Shown here one piece after another: positions 51,768 through 62,428 of a stretch of DNA of 64,000 nt. The number at the start of each line of letters is the position of its first letter. Position 1 is the first letter of the stretch. The notes beneath the pieces are model-generated. The model did not search any database. It was not told where the DNA came from and saw only the letters and a list, made by a program, of their open reading frames with translations. The translations under genes were made by a program, and so were the position numbers. This DNA comes from Candidatus Daviesbacteria bacterium (GTDB lineage: Bacteria; Patescibacteriota; Microgenomatia; Daviesbacterales; UBA10151), in the NCBI GenBank assembly GCA_016176335.1, contig JACOXI010000003.1:113104-177103 (forward strand), given 5' to 3'.

Positions 51768-52652
51768 GAAAAAGCTATTTTAAAAACTTTAATTTATGCT
51801 GATATTTTTGATTATCCGCTAAATACTTACGAAATTCATAAATGGTTGATTGGTAAAAAGGCTCGACTTCGGCAGGTAGAATCCGCCTTAGGCGGATTAG
51901 TGCAAAGTGCAAAGCTCAAAGTACAAAGTGGATATTATTTTCTTCCCAGAAGAGATGGGTTGGTAGTAAAAAGGAAGCGTAGAGAAGAACAGTCAGAAAA
52001 GTATTTGCGAAAAGCACAGGTTTTAGCCTCACTTTTAAAGATCGTGCCCTGGATTAAACTGATAGGTGTTTCTGGTGGATTGGCGATGGGGAATGCCAGT
52101 AAGAGTGATGATATTGACCTTTTTATTATTACCAGTAAAAATCGCCTGTGGATTTCAAGGCTTTTGGCATTAGGATTGCTATCTTTAACAGGACAAAGGA
52201 GAAAAGTTGGGGATTTTGGCAGAAAAATTGCCGGAAAATTATGTTTAAATATCTTACTCGAAGAGGATAGATTAGAGCAAAACAATAAAGATATCTATCT
52301 TGCACATGAGGTTTTACAAATGAGGGTTTTATGGCAAAGGGATGGGATTTATTCAAAATATCTTTCCGATAATGAATGGGCTTTCAAGTTTTTACCGAAT
52401 TGGGTGGGAGAAAGAATCAAGAATAATGAATTAAGAATTAAGCATAAAAAGCATAATTCTTTATTCTTACCGCTTAATTCTACTTTGAACATTTTCGAGA
52501 GAATGGCACAAAAATTCCAACTTTGGTATATGCAAACTCCGCAAGGCATGGAGAGGATAGAAGATGGGGCGCTATATTTCCATCCGTTGGATTATAGGAG
52601 CAGAATACTTGATGCATACCAAAAGAAAGTAGTAAAACTTATCAGTCCTTGA
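51765..52652 (+). CDS. Nucleotidyltransferase-fold (Pol-beta superfamily) protein
   Basis: GVSGGLAMGNASKSDDIDLFIIT fits the GS...D.D nucleotidyltransferase motif. 295 aa. Confidence 0.5.
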   Translation: MEKAILKTLIYADIFDYPLNTYEIHKWLIGKKARLRQVESALGGLVQSAKLKVQSGYYFLPRRDGLVVKRKRREEQSEKYLRKAQVLASLLKIVPWIKLIGVSGGLAMGNASKSDDIDLFIITSKNRLWISRLLALGLLSLTGQRRKVGDFGRKIAGKLCLNILLEEDRLEQNNKDIYLAHEVLQMRVLWQRDGIYSKYLSDNEWAFKFLPNWVGERIKNNELRIKHKKHNSLFLPLNSTLNIFERMAQKFQLWYMQTPQGMERIEDGALYFHPLDYRSRILDAYQKKVVKLISP

Positions 52653-52712
52653 CAAGTAGTGCTAAGTTCTGGTATAAATCATACTCGATCCTGCTCCACT
52701 GTCGTCATTCAT

Positions 52713-53033
52713 ATGCCAAAAGTAAATAAAGGAAACAGTTCTAAAGTTTCGATCAAGCCCTTAATGGGTTATGTGTTAGTGCAACCTAGTGAGGCAGATA
52801 CCAAAACTGCATCAGGAATTATTTTGCCGGAATCTGCTCAAGAAAAACCAGCCCAAGGGAAAGTGTTGGCTTGTGGAGATGAGATGGTGATGGAAAATGG
52901 CAAAACAGTCAAATGCCCGGTTAAAGTTGGAGATAAAGTAGTTTATAAAAAATGGGGTGGAGATGAGATAAAAGTGGAAGGAAAAGAATTAAAGCTAGTT
53001 AAGTTTGATGACTTAATGGCAATTTTGGAGTAA
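52713..53033 (+). CDS. groS: Co-chaperonin GroES
   Basis: IKPLMGYVLVQPSEADTKTASGIILPESAQEKPAQGKVLACG is the canonical GroES mobile-loop region. ATG at 52713. Confidence 0.9.
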   Translation: MPKVNKGNSSKVSIKPLMGYVLVQPSEADTKTASGIILPESAQEKPAQGKVLACGDEMVMENGKTVKCPVKVGDKVVYKKWGGDEIKVEGKELKLVKFDDLMAILE

Positions 53034-53038
53034 AAAAT

Positions 53039-53326
53039 ATGGGAGAAAGTATTAACAGACAACTTATAACACGAGAACAACAGGAGCAAGTATTTAAGAG
53101 GGCGGATGAGTTAATTGAAGGTGTTAACCATCGGCAGAGACTTCTGGGGCCAGATGATCCAGCGGGGCATGCTTACCGTTCTATAGTAGCTACACTGGCT
53201 GGTTTCAAATTAGGAATATTGGCAGCTTCCGGAGCACTAGATCCTGAGGCTTTTCTTGGAATGAAAGCAAATGATGTAGAGATAGTCAGTTTAGTAGCTA
53301 AATATCCAGAGGTATTAAAAAGGTAA
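53039..53326 (+). CDS. Hypothetical 95-aa protein inserted between groES and groEL
   Basis: Clean ORF that fills the intergenic space exactly. GC-richer than the flanks. No homology cue. Confidence 0.45.
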   Translation: MGESINRQLITREQQEQVFKRADELIEGVNHRQRLLGPDDPAGHAYRSIVATLAGFKLGILAASGALDPEAFLGMKANDVEIVSLVAKYPEVLKR

Positions 53327-53330
53327 AAAT

Positions 53331-53660
53331 ATGGCAGAAAGAAGAGGAGCACAAATGAGATCAGGAGCAGAAATTGAAGAAGCATTGAAGGCCTTAAAAA
53401 TGGATTTGGGTCCTTTGGATCGCTTAGGTGATGTTGTATTGGGGGTTGTTCCAGGGATAGGTGACCCTGGTAGACAAAGAAGATTGGGGCGAATAGAAGC
53501 TTTAGAATGGGTTATGAAACAAAGAGGAAGCGGACCAACAGCTATAAATGATGTTATAAAGGGAGCAGGAAGAAGCGCTCTTTTAACAGGAAGTTTACCA
53601 AAGATAGCAGTTCTGGGTTCAGAAGCCCAACTTGAGATTATGGGAGGAGGCCACGCATAG
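53331..53660 (+). CDS. Hypothetical 109-aa Gly/Arg-rich protein inserted between groES and groEL
   Basis: Clean ORF ending 3 nt before the groEL start. No homology cue. Confidence 0.45.
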   Translation: MAERRGAQMRSGAEIEEALKALKMDLGPLDRLGDVVLGVVPGIGDPGRQRRLGRIEALEWVMKQRGSGPTAINDVIKGAGRSALLTGSLPKIAVLGSEAQLEIMGGGHA

Positions 53661-55286
<1,626 letters not shown>

Positions 55287-55306
55287 ATCTGCTACAATGT
55301 AGCTAA

Positions 55307-55900
55307 ATGGCCAAGTTTCATTATCGCGATTCTCCAATTCAGAAGCAAAAGGATGCTTTTAAAAAGTATCTGTCAGAGGATGAAGAGTTGGTTTTGGCAG
55401 CAGGTTTCTCCCAAGCTTACATCCGTTCAAAATTTATCATTTATCTTTTGTTTCCGGGTCTGCTTTTTGCAGGAATTGGTTTGGGATTAGGATGGCTTTT
55501 GGGTCTGGATAAAATTTGGGCTGCTATTTTGGCAGCAGGATTTTGGAGCGCAGCTGCCATCTTAAAAACAATGCATACATACCATTCAAACAGATATTTA
55601 TTAACAACAAGAAGGGTAATTATTAAAAAAGGAATTTTTGGGGTAAAACTTACCACAACATTATATGATAAAATTACCCACTTGGAGGTTGACCAAACCA
55701 TTATGGATCGTCTACTTTTGCACCACGGAAGTATTATTATCAATACAGCAGGAGTGACCAAAGGTGAAATTATTTTAAAATATGTGGATTACCCGCTAGA
55801 GCTTAAAAATCTTTTGGAAAGACTGATCAATCGCGAAAGGGAACAGTTTGGTTTGAGGAGTAGTCCTCTGCAAGCTGTTGAGGGAGAAATTATTTCGTAG
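55307..55900 (+). CDS. Membrane protein with bacterial PH-like (YdbS/DUF304) domain
   Basis: Two TM helices followed by LLTTRRVIIKKGIFGVKLTTTLYDKITHLEVDQTIMDRLL, typical of the bPH_2 family. Confidence 0.6.
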   Translation: MAKFHYRDSPIQKQKDAFKKYLSEDEELVLAAGFSQAYIRSKFIIYLLFPGLLFAGIGLGLGWLLGLDKIWAAILAAGFWSAAAILKTMHTYHSNRYLLTTRRVIIKKGIFGVKLTTTLYDKITHLEVDQTIMDRLLLHHGSIIINTAGVTKGEIILKYVDYPLELKNLLERLINREREQFGLRSSPLQAVEGEIIS

Positions 55901-56438
55901 AAGCGGGCATATTGGGAATATCAGGAAGGATAGTTTGCGGATCAATATAATCCCCATCTTTAGTAATCTCCAAATGAGTGTGGGGGCCAGAAGTGCGACC
56001 AGTTAAACCAACCTCACCAAGGGTATTCTGGGAGGTGATTTTATCTCCGACCTTAACATAAATCTTTCCCATATGGGCATATTTAGACTTAAAGCCGTTT
56101 TGGTGCACAACTTCCACAAAGTTGCCTAGACCAAAAAAGTCTCTGCCTACTTGAGAAACCTCGCCTGAAGTGACGGGATGAATCGGCATTCCCAAACCAG
56201 CGGCAATATCTATTCCAGGATGCCAGGTAGAAAATCTGGTTGATAGGTAACCAGGATGCGGTAAGACCAAAGGTTGGGAAAAGGAAGCGGCAATGATTTC
56301 TGCTTTTTGCTCTTGGTTTGAAGCTTGCACCAAAGATTGTTTAACAGGGGGTATCGCAAAAGTCGGATAATATCCTAATGATAAAATTCCAAAACAGATA
56401 ATTATTGACAGCCATCGAACTTTTTTTTGAGAAAACAT
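55890..56438 (-). CDS. M23-family (LytM-like) peptidase with N-terminal anchor
   Basis: HPGIDIAAGLGMPIHPVTSGEV and GRTSGPHTHLEI are the M23 HxxxD and HxH motifs. Confidence 0.8.
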   Translation of the reverse strand: MFSQKKVRWLSIIICFGILSLGYYPTFAIPPVKQSLVQASNQEQKAEIIAASFSQPLVLPHPGYLSTRFSTWHPGIDIAAGLGMPIHPVTSGEVSQVGRDFFGLGNFVEVVHQNGFKSKYAHMGKIYVKVGDKITSQNTLGEVGLTGRTSGPHTHLEITKDGDYIDPQTILPDIPNMPASTK

Positions 56439-56561
56439 TTTTCAAAACAAATCCCGTACCAGACGTGAGCTCATCGCCCAAAGACGGTACAGGACAGGTG
56501 CGTATAATAGCAAACTTGGGCTTAAAGGTCAAGTGTTTAGGGTATAATTAAAATACTTCAA

Positions 56562-57362
56562 ATGAAAAAAACTATAGTTTATATTCTAATTTTTATTAGT
56601 ATTTTAGCTTTGGTTTTAAGATTTAGCAGTGTGATAGTTGATATGTTGGGATTCAGGCAAAAAAGCGGTATTTCCGTTACTTCAACTCCAAAAGATGCAA
56701 CAGTCTTTCTAAATAAGCGGGAAGTTGGCAAAACTCCTTATGAGATAGGAGATTTGGAAGTTTCGGAATATATCGTTAGATTGGAAAAAGATCAGGCTGT
56801 TTGGCAGGGAAATGTGAAATTGCACGGAGGGACCATGACTATTATAAATAGGGATCTGGCAAAAGATCTCACCTCTTCTGCGGGAGAAGTATTAACTTTA
56901 ACTCGTGGTAAGGGGTTAACCATAATATCAAATCCAAATAATGCCAAAGTTTATATTGACAGTAAAGAGGAGGGGAATACTCCTTTGGATGTTGGTTCGG
57001 GAAATGGTGAACATACTATTTTAGTAGAGCACCCAAACTACGTCAAAAGAAGTATCAGAGCAACTTTGCCTGAAGGTTTTAACTTAACTATCTTTGTTGA
57101 TTTGGCACTTTCCGAGGCTGATTTAAGTACTATCTCAACACCGGTAGTAAGAACTACCCCGGAGGTAATTGTGAAAACTACCCCAACGGGATTTTTAAGG
57201 GTTAGAGAGAAACCCTCGCTTGCTGGCCAAGAAATAGCGCAGGTAAGCGCAGGCGACACCCTGATCCTTTTGGAGGAATTAAGCGGTTGGGATAGAGTAA
57301 GACTGTCCGGTGGATTGGAAGGGTATGTCGCCTCAACCTATGTGGAAAAGAAAAATCCCTAA
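56562..57362 (+). CDS. PEGA-domain / SH3b-domain envelope protein
   Basis: N-terminal TM. Two PEGA-like repeats (TSTPKDATVFLNKREVGKTPYEI; ISNPNNAKVYIDSKEEGNTPLDV). C-terminal SH3_3-like region (GFLRVREKPSLAGQEIAQVSAGDTLILLEELSGWDRV). Confidence 0.6.
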   Translation: MKKTIVYILIFISILALVLRFSSVIVDMLGFRQKSGISVTSTPKDATVFLNKREVGKTPYEIGDLEVSEYIVRLEKDQAVWQGNVKLHGGTMTIINRDLAKDLTSSAGEVLTLTRGKGLTIISNPNNAKVYIDSKEEGNTPLDVGSGNGEHTILVEHPNYVKRSIRATLPEGFNLTIFVDLALSEADLSTISTPVVRTTPEVIVKTTPTGFLRVREKPSLAGQEIAQVSAGDTLILLEELSGWDRVRLSGGLEGYVASTYVEKKNP

Positions 57363-58291
57363 GCACCCAAGTAATAGTTAATACCGATTACCAAAAAAAG
57401 CCACAAAACTACTGTTGTCAGTAGAGGTTTGTCAGAAAGCAAGACTCGTTCAGGCGATTCCCCTTCCTTTTTTTCATAAATAATATACAGATATCTCATG
57501 ACTGCATAAATTACAACCGGGATTGTGACCATCAAAAATTTCGCCTCGGTAAAAGGTAAAGCAAGACCTCCTAATAAATTTGACACTAATTTGGTTGTTT
57601 GGATGGGAGGTTGCAAAAAGGCGAAGAAAGCATAAGTTAGCCAGGCAGCTGTTGCAAACATTGAAGTTAATATATCCAATAAGTTTTCCGGATAATGCAG
57701 TAAAGTTTCCCTATGACTTGGGGCTTGGCCCTGCATTAAAGTAAGTTCTGAACGTCTTTTTCCAATTGCCAAAAATAAGGCAAAGGAAGTAACAGACAAA
57801 AGGAACCAGACATTCAAGTGTGCATCTATTGCCCAAACACCGCCGTACACTCGTAAAACAAATCCAGCGGCAATTACCAAAACATCTATTAAAATGATCT
57901 GTTTCAAGATTACGGAATAGAACAGTTGTAGGATCAGATACGCCAAAGATGCAAAGAAAAATGCGGGAGAGAGTTTATAGGAAAGAGGAAGGGCAACTAT
58001 AATTGTAAAAAGAGCTAAACTGGTGGCTAAGGGAACAGGTACCAATCCTGATGCAATCGGCCGCTTTCTTTTAAAAGGATGTAACTTATCTCTGTCTATG
58101 TCAAAAACGTCATTTAACAAATAGGTTGCGGAGGAGAAAGCGCAAAACAGGACAAAGGCAATGATACTGGTTGTTAGCGCATTTTGATCAAAAAGAGTAC
58201 CTGAAAAAATCACAGCCGCAAAAACCGCAAAGTTTTTTATCCATTGTCGGGGCCTTGTTGATTTGATAATCCCCCAAAGAAGTTTAACCAT
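57359..58291 (-). CDS. UbiA-family prenyltransferase (decaprenyl-phosphate phosphoribosyltransferase-like)
   Basis: NDVFDIDRDKLHPFKRKRPIASG is the UbiA Asp-rich motif. 8-9 TM helices. Confidence 0.8.
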   Translation of the reverse strand: MVKLLWGIIKSTRPRQWIKNFAVFAAVIFSGTLFDQNALTTSIIAFVLFCAFSSATYLLNDVFDIDRDKLHPFKRKRPIASGLVPVPLATSLALFTIIVALPLSYKLSPAFFFASLAYLILQLFYSVILKQIILIDVLVIAAGFVLRVYGGVWAIDAHLNVWFLLSVTSFALFLAIGKRRSELTLMQGQAPSHRETLLHYPENLLDILTSMFATAAWLTYAFFAFLQPPIQTTKLVSNLLGGLALPFTEAKFLMVTIPVVIYAVMRYLYIIYEKKEGESPERVLLSDKPLLTTVVLWLFLVIGINYYLGA

Positions 58292-59322
58292 AGTATTGCG
58301 CCCAAAGTTACTGTTGCAATGACAATGCCTGCAAAGAGTTTGCCGGAAGAGGACAAACTTAAGGCCGCTGCCCCTAAGATAGCAGATGCCAATATATAAA
58401 ACAAGGATATCATCTTGTGAGATAACCCCTGTTCTAAAAGTTTATGGTGTAGGTGTCCCCTGTCTCCCCAAACAGGTGATTTGCCCTGTAGAACTCTTCT
58501 TACAAAAGTGTAGGCAAAATCAGTTGCAGGGATTAAAAGTACCAGTCCTGCTGTTGCCAATTTTGCCCCCGAAAGAATTGCCAGCGTTGCTATCATAAAC
58601 CCTAAAATTGTTGAGCCTGAAAAACCGGGAAATATTTTTGCCGGATACCAATTAAACAACAGGAGGGAAAAGGAGACACCTGCCGTAATAAAAGAAAGTT
58701 TGGCAACGTTTGATTGAACAGGGTCCCCCAAAAGGTAGAGTTTTACAGATAAAAGACCCAAGATTAAACTGGCAATTGTTACAATTCCCGGCATCTGACC
58801 ATCCACACCTTTGGACCAGTTAATCATATTCATGACCCAAACGATCCAGATGATAGTTAACAAACTTGCCAAATTTATATCTATGGAGACCCCTAAAAAA
58901 TTTAGGGAAAATGTGATGGTATCAAGATAAAGAATTCCTCCTAAGGGGTTGGTGATAAATTTTATGCCCACACCGCTTATTACCATCATTAGGCTCGCTA
59001 TGAATTGAACAACTAATCTGATATAAGGGGAAAGATTTTGATACTTATCATCTAAAAGACCAATGATAAGTAAAATGATGAGGCCGGCAATTAAACCTGG
59101 CGTATAAGTTTGAAAAGGAATAAAAATTAAAATAGAAATCAAAAGACCAATGAAACAAGCTAAACCTCCTGCCCTGGGAACTATTCTTTTTTGCACATGA
59201 GCAGGGTGCAATCTGACCTTTGGGTTGTCCAAAAGATTAAACTTATTGGCAATTTTTATTGTTGGAAAAAACGATAAGGAAGTTATCAGGAATGAAAAAA
59301 TAGCTGGGATAAGAAATTCCAT
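58237..59322 (-). CDS. Glycosyltransferase family 4 polyprenyl-phosphate sugar-1-phosphate transferase (WecA/MraY-like)
   Basis: NMINWSKGVDGQ corresponds to the NxxNxxDGxDGL motif. About 10 TM helices. The likely ATG at 59322 avoids overlap with the upstream small ORF; the ORF extends to 59436. Confidence 0.8.
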   Translation of the reverse strand: MEFLIPAIFSFLITSLSFFPTIKIANKFNLLDNPKVRLHPAHVQKRIVPRAGGLACFIGLLISILIFIPFQTYTPGLIAGLIILLIIGLLDDKYQNLSPYIRLVVQFIASLMMVISGVGIKFITNPLGGILYLDTITFSLNFLGVSIDINLASLLTIIWIVWVMNMINWSKGVDGQMPGIVTIASLILGLLSVKLYLLGDPVQSNVAKLSFITAGVSFSLLLFNWYPAKIFPGFSGSTILGFMIATLAILSGAKLATAGLVLLIPATDFAYTFVRRVLQGKSPVWGDRGHLHHKLLEQGLSHKMISLFYILASAILGAAALSLSSSGKLFAGIVIATVTLGAILWLNFFGGLSNQQGPDNG

Positions 59323-59705
59323 TATGCAAAAATTAAAAATATTTTTATCACAGTTGTCAAAAAGATTAAAGTAATTATAAGTGATGCCAATATCAAGATA
59401 TTTTTGAAGAACCCTTGGGAAGGATGGAGATGCCAAATTAAAATTAAGTTTATCAGGTCAATTAAAGCAATAGTTGCAGGAATAATAAAAAATTGCTGGT
59501 GATAAACAAGCTGTGCATTACCCCAGGGAAGTGAGTAAAAGAGCGGAAGTTTGGGGGGTAAAAACTGAAAAAAGATTAAAATAAAAAAAGTAAGCAGTAA
59601 AGATAAACCTAAAGGTAAAGATGCAAGATAGAGGTATAAATTCTTATTTAAATTTTCAATGTAGAATTCGTTTTTAAACTGGGACATAACTTCAGGCTTT
59701 CTCAA
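59322..59705 (-). CDS. Small polytopic membrane protein
   Basis: 127 aa with 3-4 TM helices. Lies between the GT2 and GT4 genes on the same strand. Confidence 0.4.
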   Translation of the reverse strand: MRKPEVMSQFKNEFYIENLNKNLYLYLASLPLGLSLLLTFFILIFFQFLPPKLPLFYSLPWGNAQLVYHQQFFIIPATIALIDLINLILIWHLHPSQGFFKNILILASLIITLIFLTTVIKIFLIFA

Positions 59706-61470
59706 GTAAACGTGCCTTGTTGGTGACCCTAAATTCTAATTTTTTACCGAACATTAAAGAGGTTTGGGCATCTATTGCAGGAAGAGACGAAATGGTGATC
59801 AGTATGATTGGCACCAAAATCCATTGCAAAAAAGACCAAATTTTTCTAAAAATTGACCAATTTTTTGGCCTTTTTGGAACTAATTTTTCATGAATATAGA
59901 TGGTGGCAAAAAGCCCTAAAAAGGCGGCAGTCAAAATCCAGGAAGAAACAATAGGTAAGTTAACCGATAGAACTGATTCTTTAAAATTGGGGTTGACTAT
60001 CGGGATTAAAATACTGCCGAAAGTGACGAAAATTGCCAAAAACCCCCACTTTAAGTCACCCCAAATTTTAAACAATACCTTATCAGTTTTGTCCCAAAAA
60101 TCAATTTCTTTGGTAAAGTATTGCCTGATAATAAAGGGGATATGTTCAACCCCGTACGCCCATCTTCTAATTTGTAAATACTGATTTTGAAAGGTTTTAA
60201 GTAAGGTGGTGTCTTGTACAGCATCAGCTGAAATCGGCAAAAAATGTGGGATCACCTTGTAGTCTCCGTTGAAGTGAAAATAGGCTTTCCAATAGAAACC
60301 GTTATCATCATTTACTTTATCCGGTATCCAACCACCAATATCCAACAAAGCTTTTAAACTTATAGACATTGAGGAGTAGTTCATATATTTGTCAGATCCT
60401 ACCATTTCCGCAAGTTGCCAAAACGATGTCCCAACAGCCATCAGTCTCATAGGGGTGGGGGTTTGCCAATAGTTATTGTGATATAAAAATACTCCGGTGA
60501 AAGTCCGCTGATCTCTTTGGTTTTGTGGTAAAGACAAATACTTGTGTAGAGCCCCGGAAAGAAATTGGGGGTGCATAACAAAATCAGCATCCAATGTTGT
60601 GACAAAAACGTCTTCTATTTTTACATCCATTTTTTTGAGATCTTCTACTATATGTTTGATCATCCAGTTTTTATTTGATCCCTGACCCGGTACCTCACCT
60701 GCCAATCCAAAGGGGTGGATTGTGGTAAAAACCTTGGCAATTTTTCTCTCTATATTTTTTTTAAGGTATTCTTTAGTTTGTTCAATTTTTTCCGGATTAT
60801 CCCTTTCTTCAAATCCTACTGCTAAAAAAATTTTATCTTTCGGGTAATCGGATTTAGTAATTGCATCAAATGTTGGACCGAGAATATACGGAGCTTCCTT
60901 ATATGTTGGGACCAGTATCAGATGATAGTATTTATTCCAATCATTGGGAAAATCTTTTTGTAATCTTTTAAACCAATCTTGTTTTTTGGCCCATTCCATT
61001 TTTTTGTAACCTATCAAGATAAATCCCCCTATTCTCAAAGCAACCAACAGCCAGTAAACATCAGCTATAAGTATCAGATATGCCACAGCATAAGGTAACG
61101 TAAAAGATAGCCAGATAGGGGAGGTGAGGGCAAGCCAGGTGAGTGATCCCGGCAAAATTTCCAACAATCTTTCAAAAGCAGTTTCGTGTTTTAAAACAAA
61201 CTCCTTTTCAGGGCCCTCGAAGAAAACAAATTTTTGTGAAAGGAGGTGGTGGATTATCATCCCAAGACCTGACCCGATCAACAAAGAAGATAACAAAACA
61301 TTTAGTCCTCCCTCAAGGAGAGATCCGCCAAAAAGACCTACTACAAACCCTAAAATAACCAACATGAGTCCCAAAATGGAATATCTGATACCTGAAATCA
61401 GGCGGTGGATAATTTCTGAAATATAAAAAAAAGATAAAAACCCGAGAAAAAAGAATAATAAAAAGCGCAT
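59692..61470 (-). CDS. Membrane-embedded family 2 glycosyltransferase (processive synthase-like)
   Basis: FVTTLDADFVMHP (DxD) and QIRRWAYG (QxxRW-like, characteristic of processive GT2 synthases). Multiple N- and C-terminal TM helices. 592 aa. Confidence 0.75.
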   Translation of the reverse strand: MRFLLFFFLGFLSFFYISEIIHRLISGIRYSILGLMLVILGFVVGLFGGSLLEGGLNVLLSSLLIGSGLGMIIHHLLSQKFVFFEGPEKEFVLKHETAFERLLEILPGSLTWLALTSPIWLSFTLPYAVAYLILIADVYWLLVALRIGGFILIGYKKMEWAKKQDWFKRLQKDFPNDWNKYYHLILVPTYKEAPYILGPTFDAITKSDYPKDKIFLAVGFEERDNPEKIEQTKEYLKKNIERKIAKVFTTIHPFGLAGEVPGQGSNKNWMIKHIVEDLKKMDVKIEDVFVTTLDADFVMHPQFLSGALHKYLSLPQNQRDQRTFTGVFLYHNNYWQTPTPMRLMAVGTSFWQLAEMVGSDKYMNYSSMSISLKALLDIGGWIPDKVNDDNGFYWKAYFHFNGDYKVIPHFLPISADAVQDTTLLKTFQNQYLQIRRWAYGVEHIPFIIRQYFTKEIDFWDKTDKVLFKIWGDLKWGFLAIFVTFGSILIPIVNPNFKESVLSVNLPIVSSWILTAAFLGLFATIYIHEKLVPKRPKNWSIFRKIWSFLQWILVPIILITISSLPAIDAQTSLMFGKKLEFRVTNKARLLEKA

Positions 61471-61590
61471 AATTTTCTAAGAAAATTAACAGGTTCTGCG
61501 AGCACGAAGTATAATATTTCATACTGAAGTGCGAAGCAGGTCCTTATGATTTATTGTTAAGTTTAAGGTTTACTCTGGTAAAAAGCAAAT

Positions 61591-62427
61591 TTAGTTTAGC
61601 TTCAAAAGTTTCTTAACGTTTTCTGTTGTTTGAATTCCTATTTCCTTCAAAGATATTCCTTTTTCTTCTGCAATAAGTTGGGCAATTTCTAAAACATTTA
61701 CAGGTTCATTTCTTTGGCCCCGCTTGCTTTGAGGGGGTAAAAACGGGCAATCTGTTTCCAACACTATTCTACCCAATGGTAGTATCTTGACAGCTTCTCT
61801 TAAGTAATCATTTTTAGGATAAGTTAGAGTTCCTGCAAAAGAAACCAGAAACTTGGTGGTTTGTAGTATGTAGTCGGTAATTTGGGGTAAACCACTGTAG
61901 CAATGGAATATGCCAAAATGATCTTGGGTCATATTAATTATCTCTTCCCAAGCCTCTGAAGTTTGGGGGTTTTGAGATCGGTCATCACGACAGTGAACTA
62001 TTAAAGGTAAGTTTAATTTTTTAGCCAAGTCAATTTGGGCTTGAAAAAGCTTTCTTTGTGAATCTTTTTGTTGATCGATTGATAGGGAAGATGGCAGGTA
62101 ATCCAAACCGCATTCGCCAACAGCCACCACCTTGGATGTACTAGAAAGATATATTTGTTCTAACCTCTCCATGTCCTTATGTATGGATACAGCATTAGGA
62201 TATTTAATAGATTCATGTGGATGAATACCAATTGTGGAATAAGCAGAAAAACCTGGCATTGTTGCCAGTTTACCCTGAACCTGTTGCAGTGCTATCTGAC
62301 TTTTCTCAACATCAACACCGACATTTATTATAGTTGTTACGCCAGCATCCACAGAGCGCTTTATAACCTCATCTAGATCATCTTTATATGAATCCCAATA
62401 TAAATGAGCATGAGTATCAATTAACAT
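61591..62427 (-). CDS. tatD: TatD-family metal-dependent hydrolase/DNase
   Basis: MLIDTHAHL start and conserved His/Glu/Asp ligands (IGECGLD, HCRD). 278 aa. Confidence 0.85.
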   Translation of the reverse strand: MLIDTHAHLYWDSYKDDLDEVIKRSVDAGVTTIINVGVDVEKSQIALQQVQGKLATMPGFSAYSTIGIHPHESIKYPNAVSIHKDMERLEQIYLSSTSKVVAVGECGLDYLPSSLSIDQQKDSQRKLFQAQIDLAKKLNLPLIVHCRDDRSQNPQTSEAWEEIINMTQDHFGIFHCYSGLPQITDYILQTTKFLVSFAGTLTYPKNDYLREAVKILPLGRIVLETDCPFLPPQSKRGQRNEPVNVLEIAQLIAEEKGISLKEIGIQTTENVKKLLKLN

Positions 62428-62428
62428 T

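Noticed and set aside
55287-55306. Short hairpin GCTAC-AAT-GTAGC after groEL as a terminator
   Set aside because: Only a 5-bp stem with a 3-nt loop and no following T-tract. The next gene starts 20 nt later and is probably co-transcribed.
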